Shown one piece after another: positions 36,546-40,011 of a DNA stretch of 40,011 nt. The notes under the pieces were generated by a model, which saw only the letters and a list, made by a program, of their open reading frames with translations, was not told the origin of the DNA and searched no databases. Position 1 is the stretch's first letter. Each line of letters begins with the position of its first letter. The position numbers were made by a program, and so were the translations under genes. Source of the DNA: Waddliaceae bacterium. Lineage in GTDB: Bacteria; Chlamydiota; Chlamydiia; Chlamydiales; SLFE01. Location of the stretch: assembly GCA_963783885.1 (NCBI GenBank), contig CAWAPJ010000003.1, forward strand, positions 1 through 40,011, written 5' to 3'.

Positions 36546-38296
36546 GCTGCCTCCCGAGAATAAATGTCCGACACGATGTTTTGATATTTTTCTAAAATTT
36601 TCTTTCTTCTCAGCTTCATTGTCGGCGTCAGCTCCCCGCTTTCTATCGTCGGGGTTTCCAAAATGAAGCGATAATCATGAATTTGTTCCCAATTATTCAA
36701 GTTGGAGTTCAATTCCTGAAACAAGTTTTCCATTTCTCCAATAACAAATCGCGACTTTAAAAACTCTTCATCGCTTAAATTCTCTTTATTGTGAAGCTGT
36801 TTTAAGTTATGAAGCACTTTTGCATCCGGAAACAAAAGGACTGAAGCATATGGCTGATTCTCTCCGATCACCATAGCCATGTCGATAAGCGGCGCCTGGC
36901 AAATTTGCTGTTCTATCGGTACCGGAACAACAAACTCCCCTTGCGCTGTTTTGAATGACTCGTTAAGGCGTCCCTCAATAATCAGATAACCGTCTTCATC
37001 CAAAGAGCCCAAATCTCCGGTGTGAAGCCATCCATTCTCATCGATGACTTGGTTGGTGGCCTCGGGATTTCGGTAATAGCCTTTCATGACTGTCGGGCCT
37101 TTAACCAGGACTTCACCTTCAGGGCTGATTTTAAATTGGATTCCGGGCATGGGAGGACCGCAAGTGCCAATTTTTTGCCTGCCCCATCGGTTGACTGCGA
37201 TCGTTGAAGCTTCAGTAAGTCCCCATCCTTGAACAATATTGACTCCGATATCGAGAAAAAAGCGGTGAAGCTGGGGATTTAAAGCTGCTCCTCCCGATAT
37301 CACCAGACGCAGCCTCCCCCCGAGCGCATCTCTTAAATGCGAATAGACAAGGCGGTCAGCTATCGGATGCATGAGCCATTTATAAAGCCCGCCCTTCCTA
37401 TTAGCCAAATCGAATGCCCAGATTCCGAAAGCCCGCTTCATGAGACCCGCATTTTGGATTTTCGTGAGCATTTTCGAATAGATTTTTTCCATCAAACGGG
37501 GAACAACAATCATGAATGTGGGATGGATCTCCTTGCAGATATCTCCCACCTTTTTAAGATCGTTCAGATAATACGTCTCAAGCCCCCAAGCAACAATAAT
37601 ATAATTGATCTGTTTGGAGAATATGTGCGGTATGGGCAAGATACTTAAAAACCGGTCGCCCCGCTCCCACTCAAACTCTTCGTAATGGACGATGCTGACA
37701 AGATTTTTGTGAGTCAGCTCAACCCCCTTGGGCTTTCCCGTGCTTCCGCTTGTAAAAATGATCGTAGCCACATCATCGGGATCGATGCCGTTTTCAAGCT
37801 CTTCATATAAATGGGGCGCCCTGTCTTTGATTTCTCTTCCCTTCCGAATAATGGTCCAAAGATCGAATTCCGCTTGAAATTCCGCGTCGTCTTCAAGTTT
37901 AATTACACCTTCGAGAAGGTGGGCATGAGGTCCTACCATTTCAAAGCAGTCGTCATCGCCAACGAAAATGAAGCGTGGTTTGGCAGCTCCCACTTCATAC
38001 ACAAAGTGTTCCCGGGAGAGATTGGAAAAAAAAGGCACCGTAATGCCGCCAGCGATTGCGATGGCAAAATCGGCGATTAGCCAGTAAAAAGACGATTTGG
38101 CGAATATGCCGACGCAGTCTCCTTTTCTAAGCCCGATGGCTCTTAAACCAAGCGCTGCGCACTGAACAAATTCGATGAAATCCTCAGAGGACAGATAGTG
38201 CCATTTGTCATCTTTGTAATACCCAAAGGCTTTGGGATTTGACGGCCACTGACTGAAGCGATGCAAAATATCAGGAATAGTTCTCAAAGGCTCCAT
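36542..38296 (-). CDS. fadD: Long-chain fatty acid-CoA ligase
   Basis: FTSGSTGKPKG, GWGLTE, WLHTGD, ELTPTMKLRR. Confidence 0.9.
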   Translation of the reverse strand: MEPLRTIPDILHRFSQWPSNPKAFGYYKDDKWHYLSSEDFIEFVQCAALGLRAIGLRKGDCVGIFAKSSFYWLIADFAIAIAGGITVPFFSNLSREHFVYEVGAAKPRFIFVGDDDCFEMVGPHAHLLEGVIKLEDDAEFQAEFDLWTIIRKGREIKDRAPHLYEELENGIDPDDVATIIFTSGSTGKPKGVELTHKNLVSIVHYEEFEWERGDRFLSILPIPHIFSKQINYIIVAWGLETYYLNDLKKVGDICKEIHPTFMIVVPRLMEKIYSKMLTKIQNAGLMKRAFGIWAFDLANRKGGLYKWLMHPIADRLVYSHLRDALGGRLRLVISGGAALNPQLHRFFLDIGVNIVQGWGLTEASTIAVNRWGRQKIGTCGPPMPGIQFKISPEGEVLVKGPTVMKGYYRNPEATNQVIDENGWLHTGDLGSLDEDGYLIIEGRLNESFKTAQGEFVVPVPIEQQICQAPLIDMAMVIGENQPYASVLLFPDAKVLHNLKQLHNKENLSDEEFLKSRFVIGEMENLFQELNSNLNNWEQIHDYRFILETPTIESGELTPTMKLRRKKILEKYQNIVSDIYSREAA

Positions 38297-38586
38297 AATT
38301 CATCTCCTTGACTATTATCTCTGATGTATGCAAATAATATGCCAATTATCCTGCCCATTACCTATTTCATACCATAACAAACCCTGAAACAGTAGTAAAA
38401 ATATACGACTATTATAACACTATGAATTTCAATGGGATATTTTGTTGAACCCCTGATTGTGCACTAATCTCGTCTGCCGGTTTTTTTAGAAGGTCTAGAT
38501 ATGAACTAAAGGGGCGAAGCAAAGCTCTTAAGAGCTGGACGACGACACAACAGAATCTAAAAAATCTAATCACTTTCTAGAGCGTC

Positions 38587-39900
38587 TCACTGCGGATTAG
38601 GGTCACAATCAGGGGTTGAAGGGGCTAAAAATTTGTTGATGTCAAAACCGGTTCGAAGGAATCCGATGTACGCCAGATTATATTCGGAATTGGGTTCATC
38701 TGCGATTTTTCTTAAGACTGCCGCTTTCTCTTTCATGCGATTTTCCATTTCAGGTGTCATAAAGCTTGTTAACTGCTCATCGCAGTTAATTTCATCGATA
38801 ATGTTCAGTATATTTTCTTCAGTTAAATTATCCCGGATGAATCGTCTTGTATTCTCGGTCATGTTTTCCTGAGCGATGGCAGTTTCGCACCATTTATACT
38901 GATTGTGCATACCCAGCTTATCAAGCCTGGAGGGATTGCCTTTAGTAAAGCTTTTATCGTGGTCGATCGCATGAATTTTAATCAGCTTGATGACGCCGTC
39001 TTCGTCTTTATACTCAACCATCCAGTTCCTATCATGCCGATCAAGGTTGTTGATCACGTAATCGTAGATGGCAAACAATTGAAAGATATCGATCTCATCA
39101 CTGTCATAACTTCCTTTTTTTTCAAACGCTTTTCTGATTTTTTTAAATTCAGCAATTTGATTCCCTTTGGCAGCTTTAGCCATGAGCATAAAAGATCCTT
39201 CAATACCATCGAAAGTCTCAAGTGTCGTCGGGGGGACAAGTGTTCCGAAGTTCCCTTGATAGGAAACGATATAGGCCGCCTTTTCAGCTTCAATAAAAGA
39301 TTCGGGCCTACTCTTGAGAAAGTAGCGCTGGCCTCGCAAAATGTATTTAACAAAATTGAACACTTTTTTCCACAAGGGAATGTGATGTTCTGATGGCTTT
39401 AACAACCCTAATTTTTTGCCTTTGACAGACATGAGAAATTTGGAGCCTGAAATCCCCGTTCCAGGCATCTTCATTTTAACGCCGAGCTTTAGAGCGAATC
39501 GGGCTTTGGCGATTTTTCGGTTCAGTCTATGGGCAGGATCATCAACTTTCGCTTTGTCTTGCAGTTTCTCATCTCTTAATGTTTTTAGTTTGTCATCCAG
39601 GTAGTTTTGAAGGTCTTTATTTTTACCGATAGCCTTATGGATTTCTTCTCTCGATTTTTTAGGAAGCTGAGGAACGATGGTAAAGAACAGCTTTTGAACT
39701 TTCTCATAGTCATAATTGTAATTAAAAGAGTCATAATTGTTTTCTCGACTTATCTGATTTATAAGACTTACAGCTTGTGAGCCTATTCTATCTTTTCTGA
39801 AGACAAAACGGAGCCGCCCAAACCCAAGACAACTATGCCGTTTCTTTTGATGGGCATCAAATTTATCACAAAAATTGTTAATTGAATTTAAACTATTCAT
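38587..39900 (-). CDS. Phosphatidylinositol 3/4-kinase family protein resembling type II PI4K
   Basis: GISGSKF, LLKP, EKAAY, VPPT, GSF, DYVINNLDRHDRNW, AIDHDKSF. Confidence 0.8.
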   Translation of the reverse strand: MNSLNSINNFCDKFDAHQKKRHSCLGFGRLRFVFRKDRIGSQAVSLINQISRENNYDSFNYNYDYEKVQKLFFTIVPQLPKKSREEIHKAIGKNKDLQNYLDDKLKTLRDEKLQDKAKVDDPAHRLNRKIAKARFALKLGVKMKMPGTGISGSKFLMSVKGKKLGLLKPSEHHIPLWKKVFNFVKYILRGQRYFLKSRPESFIEAEKAAYIVSYQGNFGTLVPPTTLETFDGIEGSFMLMAKAAKGNQIAEFKKIRKAFEKKGSYDSDEIDIFQLFAIYDYVINNLDRHDRNWMVEYKDEDGVIKLIKIHAIDHDKSFTKGNPSRLDKLGMHNQYKWCETAIAQENMTENTRRFIRDNLTEENILNIIDEINCDEQLTSFMTPEMENRMKEKAAVLRKIADEPNSEYNLAYIGFLRTGFDINKFLAPSTPDCDPNPQ

Positions 39901-40011
39901 AAATTATCTAATTTAATTAAAAATCAATAATAACTATTAAAAATTAATTTTTCTTAAAAATTATGTTAAGATTCAATAAACCAAAAAAATATTAATAGCA
40001 CTCCCATTGGG

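Noticed and set aside
8536-38080. Numerous 60-300 aa ORFs antisense or out of frame within lpdA, sucAB, yyaL, aas, gshF and the fad genes (e.g. 34711-35631)
   Set aside because: Shadow ORFs of well-supported genes with no motifs of their own.
38455-38585. Short palindromes (AGCTCTTAAGAGCT) between fadD and the PI kinase-like gene as a third palindromic element
   Set aside because: No long arms or motif shared with E1/E2 could be established by eye.
39996-40011. TAGCACTC resembling the left arm of a CIRCE operator
   Set aside because: The right arm would lie outside the window, and the following CCATTGGG looks more like the centre of a simple hairpin. It cannot be decided from this window.

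Overview
A bacterial chromosomal segment, most likely from an environmental Chlamydiae genome (Parachlamydiales-like). This is inferred from the dnaA type, the paired MarC genes next to truA and aas, the sucA-sucB-lpdA cluster and many eukaryote-like orphan genes. Housekeeping content: the 3' part of dnaA, tRNA-Pro(TGG), lgt, ferredoxin-IscA/HesB-VOC, lpdA-sucB-sucA, a lipoprotein plus ResB-like pair, a LysM coiled-coil protein, YyaL, aas, truA, two MarC genes, an AAA_14/DUF4143 ATPase and a fadD-fadI-fadJ-gshF-phosphatase run. Most notable: (1) an orphan protein ending in WH2-WH2-central-acidic motifs with three DDEW copies, resembling a WASP/RickA-type Arp2/3 activator; (2) a 1564-bp IS5/IS903-group element with a 9-bp target duplication that carries a GxxExxY passenger gene, has ~59-bp inverted ends and splits a SnoaL/NTF2-like gene; (3) a type II PI4-kinase-like gene and an ankyrin plus minimal kinase gene; (4) two related 159-bp palindromic elements and a 108-bp duplicated gene end flanking an AT-rich islet. 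All calls are from reading the sequence by eye; no searches were run.
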